From: Thermodesulfobacteriota bacterium
Lineage (GTDB): Bacteria; Desulfobacterota_D; UBA1144; Nemesobacterales; N074bin48
NCBI GenBank assembly: GCA_041572575.1
Contig: JBFFSH010000009.1
Coordinates: 1-49,594 of the forward strand
Length of the DNA stretch: 49,594 bases
Direction of reading: 5' to 3'
The translations under genes and the position numbers were made by a program. The notes beneath the pieces were generated by a model. That model ran no database searches and was not told the origin of the DNA. It saw only the letters and a list, made by a program, of their open reading frames with translations. Of this stretch, positions 17,664 through 27,238 are shown one piece after another (within the stretch, counting starts at the first letter, position 1; every line of letters starts with the position of its first letter).

Positions 17664-18484
17664 AAGACATTCGTCCATATTTAGAGCAAAGATGGTATCC
17701 CAGAGATCCTGATGAACTCAGTATCAGTATAGAAAACTATCTTAATACTGCAGAGAGAGACCAAATAGAATCCAAAATATACGGCATTATTGTTCCTCAT
17801 GCAGGACACATATACTCCGGTCAGGTGGCTGCCTATGCGTTTAATTGCATAAAAGGCGTGAAGCCTGAAACTGTTGTAATTGTATCTCCTTCACATTACA
17901 TAGGCGGTGCTGACATTATCGTTTCCCCCCATACATCATATAGCACTCCACTTGGAAATATAGATATAGACACACACTTACTGGATGATATTCTAAAACG
18001 TCTATATAAAGAGTTTGATATAACAATATTAAAATACCCTGAGGACCCCGAGCATTCTATTGAAGTTGAACTACCATTCCTGCAAGTGATCTATGAAGAT
18101 TTCAAATTAATACCGATTATGATAAGAAATCAGGATGAGAAAGTATCTAAGGCTCTGGGACACGTACTTGCTGATGTACTAAAAGATAAAATTTCAATAA
18201 TAATAGCAAGCTCCGATCTATCACATTACTACAATCAAAAAACAGCTAACAAGATGGACAGAGAAATAATAAATAGGATAGAATCCTTAGACCCTGAGTC
18301 AGTTCTGGATGCAGAAGAGCAGGGCATTGGACAGGCATGCGGCATTGGAGCCATTGCCACTGTGTTGTGGGCTTCTAAAGAGATGGGGGCAAAGAAAGCA
18401 CAGATTCTTAACTACGCAACATCTGGTGATGTTTCAGGTGACTATGATAAAGTGGTCGGATATGTTTCTGCAGCACTGTATTAA
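17660..18484 (+). CDS. amrB: AmmeMemoRadiSam system protein B (MEMO1 family)
   Basis: PHAGHIYSG, SPSH, EHSIEVELPFLQ, ASSDLSHY, ACG, YATSGD...VVGY; ATGA overlap with amrS. Confidence 0.93.
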   Translation: MKDIRPYLEQRWYPRDPDELSISIENYLNTAERDQIESKIYGIIVPHAGHIYSGQVAAYAFNCIKGVKPETVVIVSPSHYIGGADIIVSPHTSYSTPLGNIDIDTHLLDDILKRLYKEFDITILKYPEDPEHSIEVELPFLQVIYEDFKLIPIMIRNQDEKVSKALGHVLADVLKDKISIIIASSDLSHYYNQKTANKMDREIINRIESLDPESVLDAEEQGIGQACGIGAIATVLWASKEMGAKKAQILNYATSGDVSGDYDKVVGYVSAALY

Positions 18485-18521
18485 ACAGTAAAATACAACC
18501 AATTAGTGATTACAAATAAGC

Positions 18522-19244
18522 TCACCATAATTTAGGTATAAGTCTGTATTTAACTTTCGATACATATTCCATATAGCCCGGAAGCTCAGACTGAAGCGTT
18601 TTATCTTCCAAAGACGTACGAATTACAATCAAAACAACTGATAAAACTGCAGGGACAAAAGCCCACAGCGATCCAAGAATTAGCGGGATCGCAATCCACA
18701 TAACCGCCCATCCTACATAACCCGGATGACGCACATGTGAATATGGCCCTTCTGTAACTACCCTATGCGCTCTTTCTGACTGTATACGCACAAGTTTGGA
18801 AAACCATTTATTTACAGCCATAGCCCAGAGAATATACAAATTTCCTATCACAAATAAGAATACTCCCAGGTAAAGCCACACTACTCCTGAAAGCTCAGAC
18901 CATTTGTTTTTTTCATCAAGACCTGCAACTACTAATGTTCCCAAAATAAAGATCGATCCTATAGACATCAAGATCATATCCCACTTCTTTGCATCCCTGT
19001 GAAATCTGGAACGCTCTTCTATGACTTCCGGATTTACTTTCAAAAGAATTACGAGATTTACAACAATACAGATAAAAAAAGTAAATATGAAAATCCAGCC
19101 CCTTTCCCAATTAAAAGTGCCCGCAAATCCAAAAAGTAGACCTCCAAGGATAAAAAAAGATAGAACCATCCAAACTATGCTTTTTACAATCAATTGATTT
19201 AATTGAAGATCATCTTCCGATCTTTCTTCTTTTTTATCATTCAT
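18522..19244 (-). CDS. Isoprenylcysteine carboxyl methyltransferase (ICMT/PEMT) family membrane protein
   Basis: N.WFS..VRIQ.ER.HRVVTEGPYS.VRHPGY, RT.LED..L..EL.GY.EY...V.YRLIP..W. Confidence 0.9.
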   Translation of the reverse strand: MNDKKEERSEDDLQLNQLIVKSIVWMVLSFFILGGLLFGFAGTFNWERGWIFIFTFFICIVVNLVILLKVNPEVIEERSRFHRDAKKWDMILMSIGSIFILGTLVVAGLDEKNKWSELSGVVWLYLGVFLFVIGNLYILWAMAVNKWFSKLVRIQSERAHRVVTEGPYSHVRHPGYVGWAVMWIAIPLILGSLWAFVPAVLSVVLIVIRTSLEDKTLQSELPGYMEYVSKVKYRLIPKLW

Positions 19245-19452
19245 AACTTTATTCCAACAAAGTAATTTACAGTACAATAGTTTCTAATCATTAAAATAAG
19301 GCTTTATTGTTAGCTATTCAAGTTATTATCTTGATTTTATTATGACTGGTTTGTAAAACATATTTTATTGTATGACAATTTGACACAATACAGTTGTAGT
19401 TTTGATCGAACACATAAGCCCCTTAAATCATTAAATAACTTATGAGTCATAT

Positions 19453-19467
19453 TGGCACACATTTTGA
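19453..19467 (+). promoter_or_regulatory. Putative sigma54 (-24/-12) promoter
   Basis: TGGCAC-ACATT-TTGA, one mismatch to TGGCAC-N5-TTGC, ~40 nt upstream of the CBS gene ATG. Confidence 0.55.
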
Positions 19468-19508
19468 TATATATAATAAATAAGACTAACAGCAGGGGGT
19501 TTATAAAA

Positions 19509-19931
19509 ATGAGTATAAGTTCATTTTGTAATAAAGAGGTTATATGTGTAGAAATGGGAACCAGTATTGAGCAAGTCGGAAACTTGATGGAAGAAAAAAA
19601 TATTGGTTGCGTGGTAGTTATTGATAGTGGAAAACCTTGCGGGCTTGTGACAGACAGGGATATACTCATACGGGTAATTAATAGAGGACTCAGTCCGGCA
19701 GAAACATACGTTGACGATGTAATGAGTGAGCTAGTTATGACTTTAGATGAAGATATGGGCCTTCATGAAGCACTTGAAAAAGTTAAGGGAATGAGTGTAA
19801 GAAGATTTCCTGTAACAGATAAGAGCGGGAATTTGAAAGGAATTGTGACTCTCGATGATATAATTTATCTTCTGGGAAAAGAAATGTATGATGTTGCAAG
19901 TATAATTAAGAGCGAGAGCGCCGAACTTTAA
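19509..19931 (+). CDS. Stand-alone CBS-pair domain protein
   Basis: M.EKNIGCVVV, GLVTDRDI, VRRFPV, GIVTLDDI; GGGG RBS before ATG 19509. Confidence 0.9.
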   Translation: MSISSFCNKEVICVEMGTSIEQVGNLMEEKNIGCVVVIDSGKPCGLVTDRDILIRVINRGLSPAETYVDDVMSELVMTLDEDMGLHEALEKVKGMSVRRFPVTDKSGNLKGIVTLDDIIYLLGKEMYDVASIIKSESAEL

Positions 19932-20046
19932 ACAAATTATAGCTGGTTGTGTAAAAGGGATAGTTATTATTAATATAGGGAAAGATATTTCTAATTTCTA
20001 ACTAAAACAAAAATCCTATTGCTAGAGCTATAACTAAAACAGAACA

Positions 20047-21231
20047 ATGCAAAACGGAATAGTTGTAAGACCTCTTGAGCAACTGCTGCCCCATGAGCAG
20101 GAAATTGAGATAGTAGAAAGAAAGGGAATAGGCCATCCGGATACAATCTGTGACAGGGCTGCAGAACAGGTATCTATTGCCCTTTGCAGACTGTACTTAT
20201 CAGAATTTGGCAAAATTATGCATCATAACGTAGATAAGGCTCTTCTTGTAGGAGGATCAACCAATCCTGTATACAGAGGAGGAAAGGTTCTAAAACCCAT
20301 AGAAATAATAATCGCTGGCAGAGCTACTATGGAAAAAAACGGGAAGGTTCTGCCTGTGGAAGAAGTTGCCAGGGAGGCAATATTAAATTATTTAAGCCGG
20401 ACAATAAGAAATTTGAATGTTGAAAACAGCATTGAGCTAAAAATAAAGATAAGACCCGGAAGTTCTGAGCTAACCGAGCTTTTCAGCAGGTTCGGTCCTG
20501 AGCAGGTTCCATTTTCCAACGATACTTCTATTGGCACGGGGTTTTATCCATTCGATGAGACTGAGGAGGTTGTTTACAGCATCGAAAAATTTCTAAACAG
20601 CCATAAAATAAAGAAAAAATACCCTTTTATTGGAGAAGATATAAAGGTTATGGGGGTAAGGGAGCATGATAATATAAAAATAACCCTTGCAGTAGCCACT
20701 GTAGACAAGTACATAAACGACCTAAACGATTATATAGATAAAATAAAACAAATAAGAGAATTAATTAAAGAACAGGATTGGTTTAAAAATAGTTATGAAA
20801 TTTATATAAACACGGCAGATAGTTATGAACAAGAGAGTATTTATTTAACAGTAACAGGCACGAGTGGAGAACATGGTGATGACGGCCAGGTTGGTAGGGG
20901 AAACAGGGCAAATGGGCTTATTACTCCATACAGACCTATGACCCTTGAGGCGGTTGCCGGTAAAAATCCCATAAATCATGTGGGCAAACTTTATAACCTG
21001 TTTGCAAACGACTTATGCAAAACAATAGTGGATAACGGCTATGCCGAGGAGGCTTATGTAAGTCTCGTATCTCAAATAGGTAAGCCACTAAACGAACCTC
21101 AAATAGTTGATATTAAGGTTAAAGAACAGAAAGTTGAAAAACCCATAATTGAAAGCACTGCCATAGATATGCTGGGTGAGATGCCGCAGATGTGGAAAAA
21201 AATTATTGATGGCATGTATGAAATAGCATAA
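20047..21231 (+). CDS. mat: Methionine adenosyltransferase, archaeal type
   Basis: [81 protein letters not shown]. Confidence 0.93.
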   Translation: MQNGIVVRPLEQLLPHEQEIEIVERKGIGHPDTICDRAAEQVSIALCRLYLSEFGKIMHHNVDKALLVGGSTNPVYRGGKVLKPIEIIIAGRATMEKNGKVLPVEEVAREAILNYLSRTIRNLNVENSIELKIKIRPGSSELTELFSRFGPEQVPFSNDTSIGTGFYPFDETEEVVYSIEKFLNSHKIKKKYPFIGEDIKVMGVREHDNIKITLAVATVDKYINDLNDYIDKIKQIRELIKEQDWFKNSYEIYINTADSYEQESIYLTVTGTSGEHGDDGQVGRGNRANGLITPYRPMTLEAVAGKNPINHVGKLYNLFANDLCKTIVDNGYAEEAYVSLVSQIGKPLNEPQIVDIKVKEQKVEKPIIESTAIDMLGEMPQMWKKIIDGMYEIA

Positions 21232-21278
21232 AAGTTATATTTAATTAACTTTTATTTCATACAACATATAATATAAGT

Positions 21279-22346
21279 ATGGAACATGAACACACAAGCG
21301 ATCACGCCTGCTGCCATACTCCGGGTGACAAGAAAAGTATAGATTATCTTTTCTGGGGTTCTCTAATAATAGTAGTGATCCTCTGTTCTATATATTTTCT
21401 CTTTTATTCTGTAGTAGAAAATGTACCGTGGTTAAATACACTCAGCAGTTCAGTACTGGAGCTGTTAAAAACCATTTGGTGGGGAATCTTACTTGGTGCG
21501 CTTTCAGTAGGGCTTCTTTCAAAAATCCCGCGCGAATTTATTATTTCCATACTGGGAAATGGAGGAACACTCAAAGGAATTCTTAGGGCTACTCTTGGCG
21601 GAGTTTTTTTAGACCTTTGCAGCCATGGAATTTTAATGGTGGGAGCAAAACTCTACGAGCGTGGTGCAAGCATCGGGCAGGTGATGTCATTTCTTGTTGC
21701 AAGCCCCTGGAACTCTTTTTCCCTGACATTTATTTTAATAGCACTCATTGGTCTTAAATGGACTCTGTCCTTTATTGTACTATCCATGATAATTGCTGTT
21801 ATTAGCGGATATATCTTTGATACTCTGGTGAATAAACAAACCCTTCCCGCAAACCCAAACCGTATCGAAATTTCTAAAGATTTTAATTTTCTGTCTGAAG
21901 CAAAAAAGAGTTTTAATAATACAAAGTTTGATTCAAAACTATTTCTAGAAATAATCAAAAACGGCATACTGGAATCAAGAATGGTTGTGAGGTGGATACT
22001 GTTTGGTGTGCTGCTTGCATCTGCCATTAGAGCATTTGTACCAACTGAGCACTTTGTGCATTATTTTGGCCCGACATTATTAGGACTCGGATTGACTTTA
22101 GTAGCTGCAACTATAATTGAGGTTTGCTCGGAGGGTTCCACACCAATAGCCGCTGATCTTCTTACCAGGGCAGGCTCACCCGGAAACAGCTTTGCGTTTC
22201 TTATGGCAGGTGTTGCTACCGATTACACCGAATTAGCGGTTATTAAACAGACTACTCAATCGTGGAAGATTACATTTCTGCTTCCAATACTAACTATTCC
22301 ACAAGTATTTGTAGTGGCATATTTTCTAAACAGTTCAGTTCAGTAA
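21279..22346 (+). CDS. ArsP/DUF318-family permease with His/Cys-rich N-terminus
   Basis: Polytopic; LDLCSHG and IEVCSEG..P repeats; FL.A.P; N-terminal HEH..DHACCH. Confidence 0.8.
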   Translation: MEHEHTSDHACCHTPGDKKSIDYLFWGSLIIVVILCSIYFLFYSVVENVPWLNTLSSSVLELLKTIWWGILLGALSVGLLSKIPREFIISILGNGGTLKGILRATLGGVFLDLCSHGILMVGAKLYERGASIGQVMSFLVASPWNSFSLTFILIALIGLKWTLSFIVLSMIIAVISGYIFDTLVNKQTLPANPNRIEISKDFNFLSEAKKSFNNTKFDSKLFLEIIKNGILESRMVVRWILFGVLLASAIRAFVPTEHFVHYFGPTLLGLGLTLVAATIIEVCSEGSTPIAADLLTRAGSPGNSFAFLMAGVATDYTELAVIKQTTQSWKITFLLPILTIPQVFVVAYFLNSSVQ

Positions 22347-22771
22347 GGCGCCACTTTTTCTGTATCGTTATATATTTCTAATTCAAACCCATCAGGGTCT
22401 AAAAAGTGATAGGCCACCGGATCACCTTTGGAGTTTTTCTTGATCTCTATAAATTTAACGCGCTTGGATTCCAGATTTGTTTTTGCCTTTTCTATATCAC
22501 CAACCTCAAATGCAATATGTGAAACTGAGTTATCTGTATTTATTCCAGTTTGCTTAGTAGAATTCTCTGTCAGTGCTATAAGCGATTTATCTTTTGTGCC
22601 TAAAAATGATTTCTTGTCCCCGCCTTCGCTTCTCCCGTCATGCAGGATTACAAGCTCCAATATTTCAGAGTAAAACTCAATAGACCTGTCCATATCCTTT
22701 ACAATAATCGCGGCATGGTCGAGCCCCTTAATAAACCCTGATTTGGCTTTTAATCTATCGAGGAGTTTCAT
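22340..22771 (-). CDS. VOC family protein
   Basis: LDHAAIIV.D..RS..FY, HIAFEV, FLDPDG.ELEI. Confidence 0.9.
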   Translation of the reverse strand: MKLLDRLKAKSGFIKGLDHAAIIVKDMDRSIEFYSEILELVILHDGRSEGGDKKSFLGTKDKSLIALTENSTKQTGINTDNSVSHIAFEVGDIEKAKTNLESKRVKFIEIKKNSKGDPVAYHFLDPDGFELEIYNDTEKVAPY

Positions 22772-22780
22772 AAATTCAGA

Positions 22781-23002
22781 TCAGTGCATCTTGAGATTTG
22801 CTAGTATAAAAATAGTAAGACCAATCCATAAAACAAAAGTGGTGGGAATAAAAATCATAAATACATTTTTTATGGAAAGATCAGCACTAACATTTCGAGT
22901 ATTATAATGATTCCATAACAAGAATGAGCTCTTAATAAGTAATATCGATAACAAAAAACAGATAAATAGTGAAGCTATTATGTAAAGAATTATATAACTC
23001 AT
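22781..23002 (-). CDS. Small hypothetical membrane protein
   Basis: 73 aa, two hydrophobic segments, 9 nt upstream of the VOC gene. Confidence 0.5.
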   Translation of the reverse strand: MSYIILYIIASLFICFLLSILLIKSSFLLWNHYNTRNVSADLSIKNVFMIFIPTTFVLWIGLTIFILANLKMH

Positions 23003-23054
23003 AGATATATAAATTATATAATATTAATATAATTTAATCTATCTAAATTAATAA

Positions 23055-23080
23055 CGGCGAACACACATTTGTATCCGCCG
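23055..23080 (-). terminator. Rho-independent terminator after the cytochrome P460 gene
   Basis: Minus-strand RNA CGGCGGAUAC-AAAUGU-GUGUUCGCCG followed by UUAUU; the G-U pairs only work on this strand. Confidence 0.7.
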
Positions 23081-23111
23081 CACATAGGATGGTAGTTAGG
23101 GAAAACCAATA

Positions 23112-23639
23112 TTACTTAATAGGCCCTGTAAAAAGAAAGTCGTTAGCCTTTACAGCCGTATGACATCCAATACATCCCGGCACCTTGCCCGCAAGATCAA
23201 GCTTAGAACCATCTTCCATATCCTTGGTTAAAACTGAGCCGTCACCCCCGAATTTAACCCAAAAATAATCACCGGCTTCGGGATTATATCCGGCTTTTTT
23301 CTTCATGACTGTTATAGCACCAAGCTTTTTATCAGGCATGTAGTTTTCTTTAATGATAATTGCTCCATCTGGCATCGATCCCTTTTTGTTAACCAGGGCA
23401 TCATATGCGGACTCACTCACATAAGTGGTAAGAAGTGCACCATGCGGATGTGCTCCCTTATAAAAAGCTTCTTTTCCTGGCCACATCTTCCATGTGTTTC
23501 TATAATCTTCTTTTTGCATCATGGCCCAGAGCTGCCCTGCTTTTTCAACATCAGTCATAGGCTTTGCAGCTTCTTTCTGAGCGTACTGTGTGCAGCCTAC
23601 TACCATAAATACTGCTATCAAAACTAATACTTTTCTCAT
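23112..23639 (-). CDS. Cytochrome P460 family lipoprotein
   Basis: Lipobox VVGC; PDGAIIIKENY, TVMKK, GDYFW, C-terminal CIGCH haem motif then DFLF; GGAGG RBS before ATG 23639. Confidence 0.88.
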   Translation of the reverse strand: MRKVLVLIAVFMVVGCTQYAQKEAAKPMTDVEKAGQLWAMMQKEDYRNTWKMWPGKEAFYKGAHPHGALLTTYVSESAYDALVNKKGSMPDGAIIIKENYMPDKKLGAITVMKKKAGYNPEAGDYFWVKFGGDGSVLTKDMEDGSKLDLAGKVPGCIGCHTAVKANDFLFTGPIK

Positions 23640-23756
23640 ATACCCCTCCTGAAATCCCATTATATAAATACGATGCAATTATTTATATAAGGTTTCAGAT
23701 ATTCATTTTTCTGGTTAATGTAATTAATAATTCAAAAAATAACTGAGGTATTAGGT

Positions 23757-24419
23757 ATGGAACTTTATGAAGTAATGCACACAACTTTCTCTGCGAGAGA
23801 ATATACAGACGATCCTGTAACAGATGAGGTTATTTATAAAGTACTAGACAACTCCCGCTTTGCTCCAAGCGGAGGGAACCGACAGGGTTGGAAAGTTATT
23901 GTCATTAGAAATCAGGAGTCGAAAGAAAAGATAGCCGAGCTTGCTGTTCCGGGAGCAAAGAAATATGCGGCACAAAGAATAGCCGGAGAAAATCCATGGA
24001 ATACAATTGACCCCAGTGGAGTAACTGAGCAGGACATAGTAAATACTCCCCCTTCACCTAAATTTCACATGACCTATGTTGATGCACCTGTGATACTTAT
24101 TGTCTGTGTAGACCTAAAAGTAGTTGCAGCGATGGATCAGAACCTGGACAGGATGGGGCTTGTAAGCGGTGCATCAATTTATCCATTTGTTTGGAACATT
24201 TTGTTATCAGCAAGAAATGAAGGACTAGGAGGAAGAATTACAACTATTCCAATTTCAAATGAACCTGCGATTCAGGATTATTTAAATATTCCCAGGCACA
24301 TTGCAATTGCAGCAATAATACCTATGGGAAAACCTGTAAAACAAATTACCAAATTAAACAGAAAACCTGTAGAAGATTTTACTTATCTAGAAAAATGGGA
24401 CGGTGATAGATTGAGGTAA
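23757..24419 (+). CDS. Nitroreductase family protein
   Basis: R.Y..DPV, RFAPSGGNRQGW, APV, ASIYP..WN.LL.AR.EGLGG..TT, RKPV. Confidence 0.9.
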   Translation: MELYEVMHTTFSAREYTDDPVTDEVIYKVLDNSRFAPSGGNRQGWKVIVIRNQESKEKIAELAVPGAKKYAAQRIAGENPWNTIDPSGVTEQDIVNTPPSPKFHMTYVDAPVILIVCVDLKVVAAMDQNLDRMGLVSGASIYPFVWNILLSARNEGLGGRITTIPISNEPAIQDYLNIPRHIAIAAIIPMGKPVKQITKLNRKPVEDFTYLEKWDGDRLR

Positions 24420-24421
24420 TA

Positions 24422-25693
24422 TCAGTTTCCAGCAGACTTAAATTTGTTTATAAGACTATCTTTTGGAACCAGATAAAATAACTTTCCCCACTGCTTCATT
24501 ACCCCCGCACTCTGGCCGGCTTCTTTGCCGCTTCCCCAAAAAAGATCGACCCTGTGGGTTCCTTTAATGGCTCCTCCTGTGTCATGATCAAGAACAAATC
24601 TTGATGCCTTTTTCCATCCGGATGGGTGTCTTGATTCCGGACCATCGAATACAGGCTTTTCAAATTGCAAAAATGCAAGTGTACCCATTGGAAAAAACCT
24701 CTTGTCAGTAGCTATAGTCCTTCCGTCCACTACCTCAGTGCCAAAAGATGTGATTGGTCTTGTCTCAAGCTCTCTAAAAAACACATAGCTTTTATTGAGA
24801 TTAAGAATATCCCTCATTTCGCTTTCGGGAAGGCTGCGAAGATACTGCTCAATTGACTGCATACTCATTTTTTCCTTTGGAATTGTATCGAGCAAGTGTT
24901 TTCCAATTGCATAGAACGGATAACCGTTTTTTGATGCATAGCCGAGTCTGAGCTTAGTACCATCATCAAAAAGTACAGTTCCAGATCCCTGAACATGAAG
25001 AAAAAATGCATCGATGGGATCTACCCATGCAAGCTCAAGTCCCCTGCCGGAAAGCTTTCCCTCTGAATCTATTTCTTTTCTTGTGTAATACGGAACCACA
25101 TTCTGACTGCCCCCCTCTACATAAGGCTGGGACACTCTGCCTCTAAGCACTTTTATATTGTTATGGCTATCTAAAACTTCATCTTTTATGGGTGAGAGTT
25201 TATCAAATGTATCTACAAACTTTCCCATGTGAATAGTCACAAAATCATCCGGTACGGAATACAGAGGTTGAGTGAACCCTCCGCTTTTTACTGTAGAACC
25301 GTCAAGGACAGGTTCATAATAAGATGTTATTAAAACCTCTCCCCATTTTTCCTTGCCGTATACTTCATAAAAATCAAAATTATTATTTACTAAATCATTA
25401 AACTGTTCTTTTGCTATTCCAGACCTTAACTTCACTTCCAAAAACTTAAGTGCAAAAATATAGTCATCTTTTTTTACTGATTTAGGTCCGAATATCAACC
25501 GTTCATTATCTATTTCTTTCAAACGTTCAATCTTCTGAGACAAAGCTTGTTCCAAATCTGAAAGTGGTAGATCATCAGTAAGCTCAGGAAGATTTTGTGT
25601 AAGTCGCATAGCCTGCTTAGGAGTCTTTATGCTTTCTCTTGCACAGGATGTAAATACCAGAACAGAAAGTACAATCGCTAATAATATTTTCAT
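24422..25693 (-). CDS. mltA: Membrane-bound lytic murein transglycosylase A
   Basis: Lipobox FTSC; TSYYEP, FFLHVQGSG, N.SYVFF, DTGGAIKG..RVDLFWG.G..AG..AG.MK. Confidence 0.92.
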   Translation of the reverse strand: MKILLAIVLSVLVFTSCARESIKTPKQAMRLTQNLPELTDDLPLSDLEQALSQKIERLKEIDNERLIFGPKSVKKDDYIFALKFLEVKLRSGIAKEQFNDLVNNNFDFYEVYGKEKWGEVLITSYYEPVLDGSTVKSGGFTQPLYSVPDDFVTIHMGKFVDTFDKLSPIKDEVLDSHNNIKVLRGRVSQPYVEGGSQNVVPYYTRKEIDSEGKLSGRGLELAWVDPIDAFFLHVQGSGTVLFDDGTKLRLGYASKNGYPFYAIGKHLLDTIPKEKMSMQSIEQYLRSLPESEMRDILNLNKSYVFFRELETRPITSFGTEVVDGRTIATDKRFFPMGTLAFLQFEKPVFDGPESRHPSGWKKASRFVLDHDTGGAIKGTHRVDLFWGSGKEAGQSAGVMKQWGKLFYLVPKDSLINKFKSAGN

Positions 25694-25704
25694 AATAATT
25701 AATA

Positions 25705-26337
25705 TTAATTTTTATATAAGATAATTACATCATTTCCAATAAATTCTATTTTGGCTTCCAATTTATTTGCAAGCCACTTAAATGTCTTAACGGAGAAAAA
25801 ACATATATGGGTTCTATCTGTAATATAGTGCCAGGTAGAAAAAGCTTCTTTATCTATAACCAGCTTTGTCATAATACCAAATATTCCGCCGGGTTTTAAT
25901 CTCTGCCATAGCAACTCAATAGTTTCAATTGGATTTCTCAAATGTTCGAATACTTCGGTAGCCGTAATGAAATCATATTTTTTTTTGAGTACTCCCTTAT
26001 CATCCGCATAGAAGCAGTCATAAAGACTTACAGTATAACCATATTCTTCCAGCATGTTTGACAGCGTAGGCCCCGGGCCTGATCCAAAATCTAGCCCGTG
26101 ACTATTTGATTTTAATTTCTCATTAAGTGGTATAGCTAGTCTGCTTAAAAATTTTCTATAACCACCATCCTCTGGATTATTTTCATGAAGGTCATAGCGT
26201 TTTTTTTCTTCTTCAGCTGATAAATGAAACCTCTCAGGTACAAATACCAGATAACATTTTAAACACTGTAAAAAATCCCTTCTCTTATTACTGAAGTAAT
26301 CCGAAATCTCTTTGCTTTTACACAAAGGGCAGTGCAT
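25705..26337 (-). CDS. Class I SAM-dependent methyltransferase with N-terminal zinc ribbon
   Basis: CPLC..CLKC, GLDFGSGPGP, YDFITATEVFEH, W.Y..D.TH. Confidence 0.9.
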   Translation of the reverse strand: MHCPLCKSKEISDYFSNKRRDFLQCLKCYLVFVPERFHLSAEEEKKRYDLHENNPEDGGYRKFLSRLAIPLNEKLKSNSHGLDFGSGPGPTLSNMLEEYGYTVSLYDCFYADDKGVLKKKYDFITATEVFEHLRNPIETIELLWQRLKPGGIFGIMTKLVIDKEAFSTWHYITDRTHICFFSVKTFKWLANKLEAKIEFIGNDVIILYKN

Positions 26338-27218
26338 TAAACTCCTTTTTTCTCAAGGTCCGGGGGAAGTTCGCCATAGTAAGGAGAGTCTTCTTCATAC
26401 ATAGCTTTAATGTGATCCTTTGGCATATCTGGCATATCTTCAGTAAATCCAAACATTCTGCAGATGTGCTTTAGCTCCTCTTCTCTGCCCGGGAGCGGGT
26501 CCATGGGCTGGATCAATTTCTGGTCTACTAGCTCCTGTCTTACACCAGCATCCTCTTTGAGTGGAGTCCCATACTCATTGTAGTGATAAAGCCTGTCGAA
26601 GCGTTTTCTTGGTCTCTGCCCGGGTGACTCTGCGGCATATCCTACTGCCATAAGCCAGATAGGAACTATATTTTCAGGAGTACCCAGCACCTTTGGAAAC
26701 TCTGCTGGTTTTCTTCCCGTTGCAAGCAGGCAGCATGAAAGACCCATATCCGTTGCCGCAAGCATAGAATTTGCAATCGCCTGTCCTGCCTCAACCCTCA
26801 GCAGGTCTTCTGTTTTATCCTTTGGAAAGCTCATAAGCCTTGGATAAGTCTGTTCTGTAAGCTGTTTATATGTCCATCCGTGTGCTGCTGTAATAGCCCT
26901 TGAAGGAAACAATACTGCAAAGCTCTTCACAAGCTCTTTATACCATGCATCCAAATTAATAAGCCAGGCTATGACAATAGGGGCCTGCCGTATATGAATC
27001 TCATTAAAAGTTGATGCACATTCCACGATCTGCTCGAATTTTTCCTCCGGGTATGTTTTCTTATCTATTACAATAGCCTCTGTAGAGCTGCAATTTCCCT
27101 GACAAGACGAATAGCGCGCAGCCTGAAGCATCTTTTGAATCTTCCAGTCTTCTACTTCTTTCCATGGCTTAAAAAACCTGGCGCTTCTTCTAGTACCCAT
27201 TGCTTCAAATACTTCCAT
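26337..27218 (-). CDS. Nitroreductase family protein (divergent)
   Basis: EA...RRS.R.F, L.AAR, AP, L.ATD.GL..C, GY.AE..GQRPRK. Confidence 0.8.
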   Translation of the reverse strand: MEVFEAMGTRRSARFFKPWKEVEDWKIQKMLQAARYSSCQGNCSSTEAIVIDKKTYPEEKFEQIVECASTFNEIHIRQAPIVIAWLINLDAWYKELVKSFAVLFPSRAITAAHGWTYKQLTEQTYPRLMSFPKDKTEDLLRVEAGQAIANSMLAATDMGLSCCLLATGRKPAEFPKVLGTPENIVPIWLMAVGYAAESPGQRPRKRFDRLYHYNEYGTPLKEDAGVRQELVDQKLIQPMDPLPGREEELKHICRMFGFTEDMPDMPKDHIKAMYEEDSPYYGELPPDLEKKGV

Positions 27219-27238
27219 AATAAGCCTCCTGGTATGGA

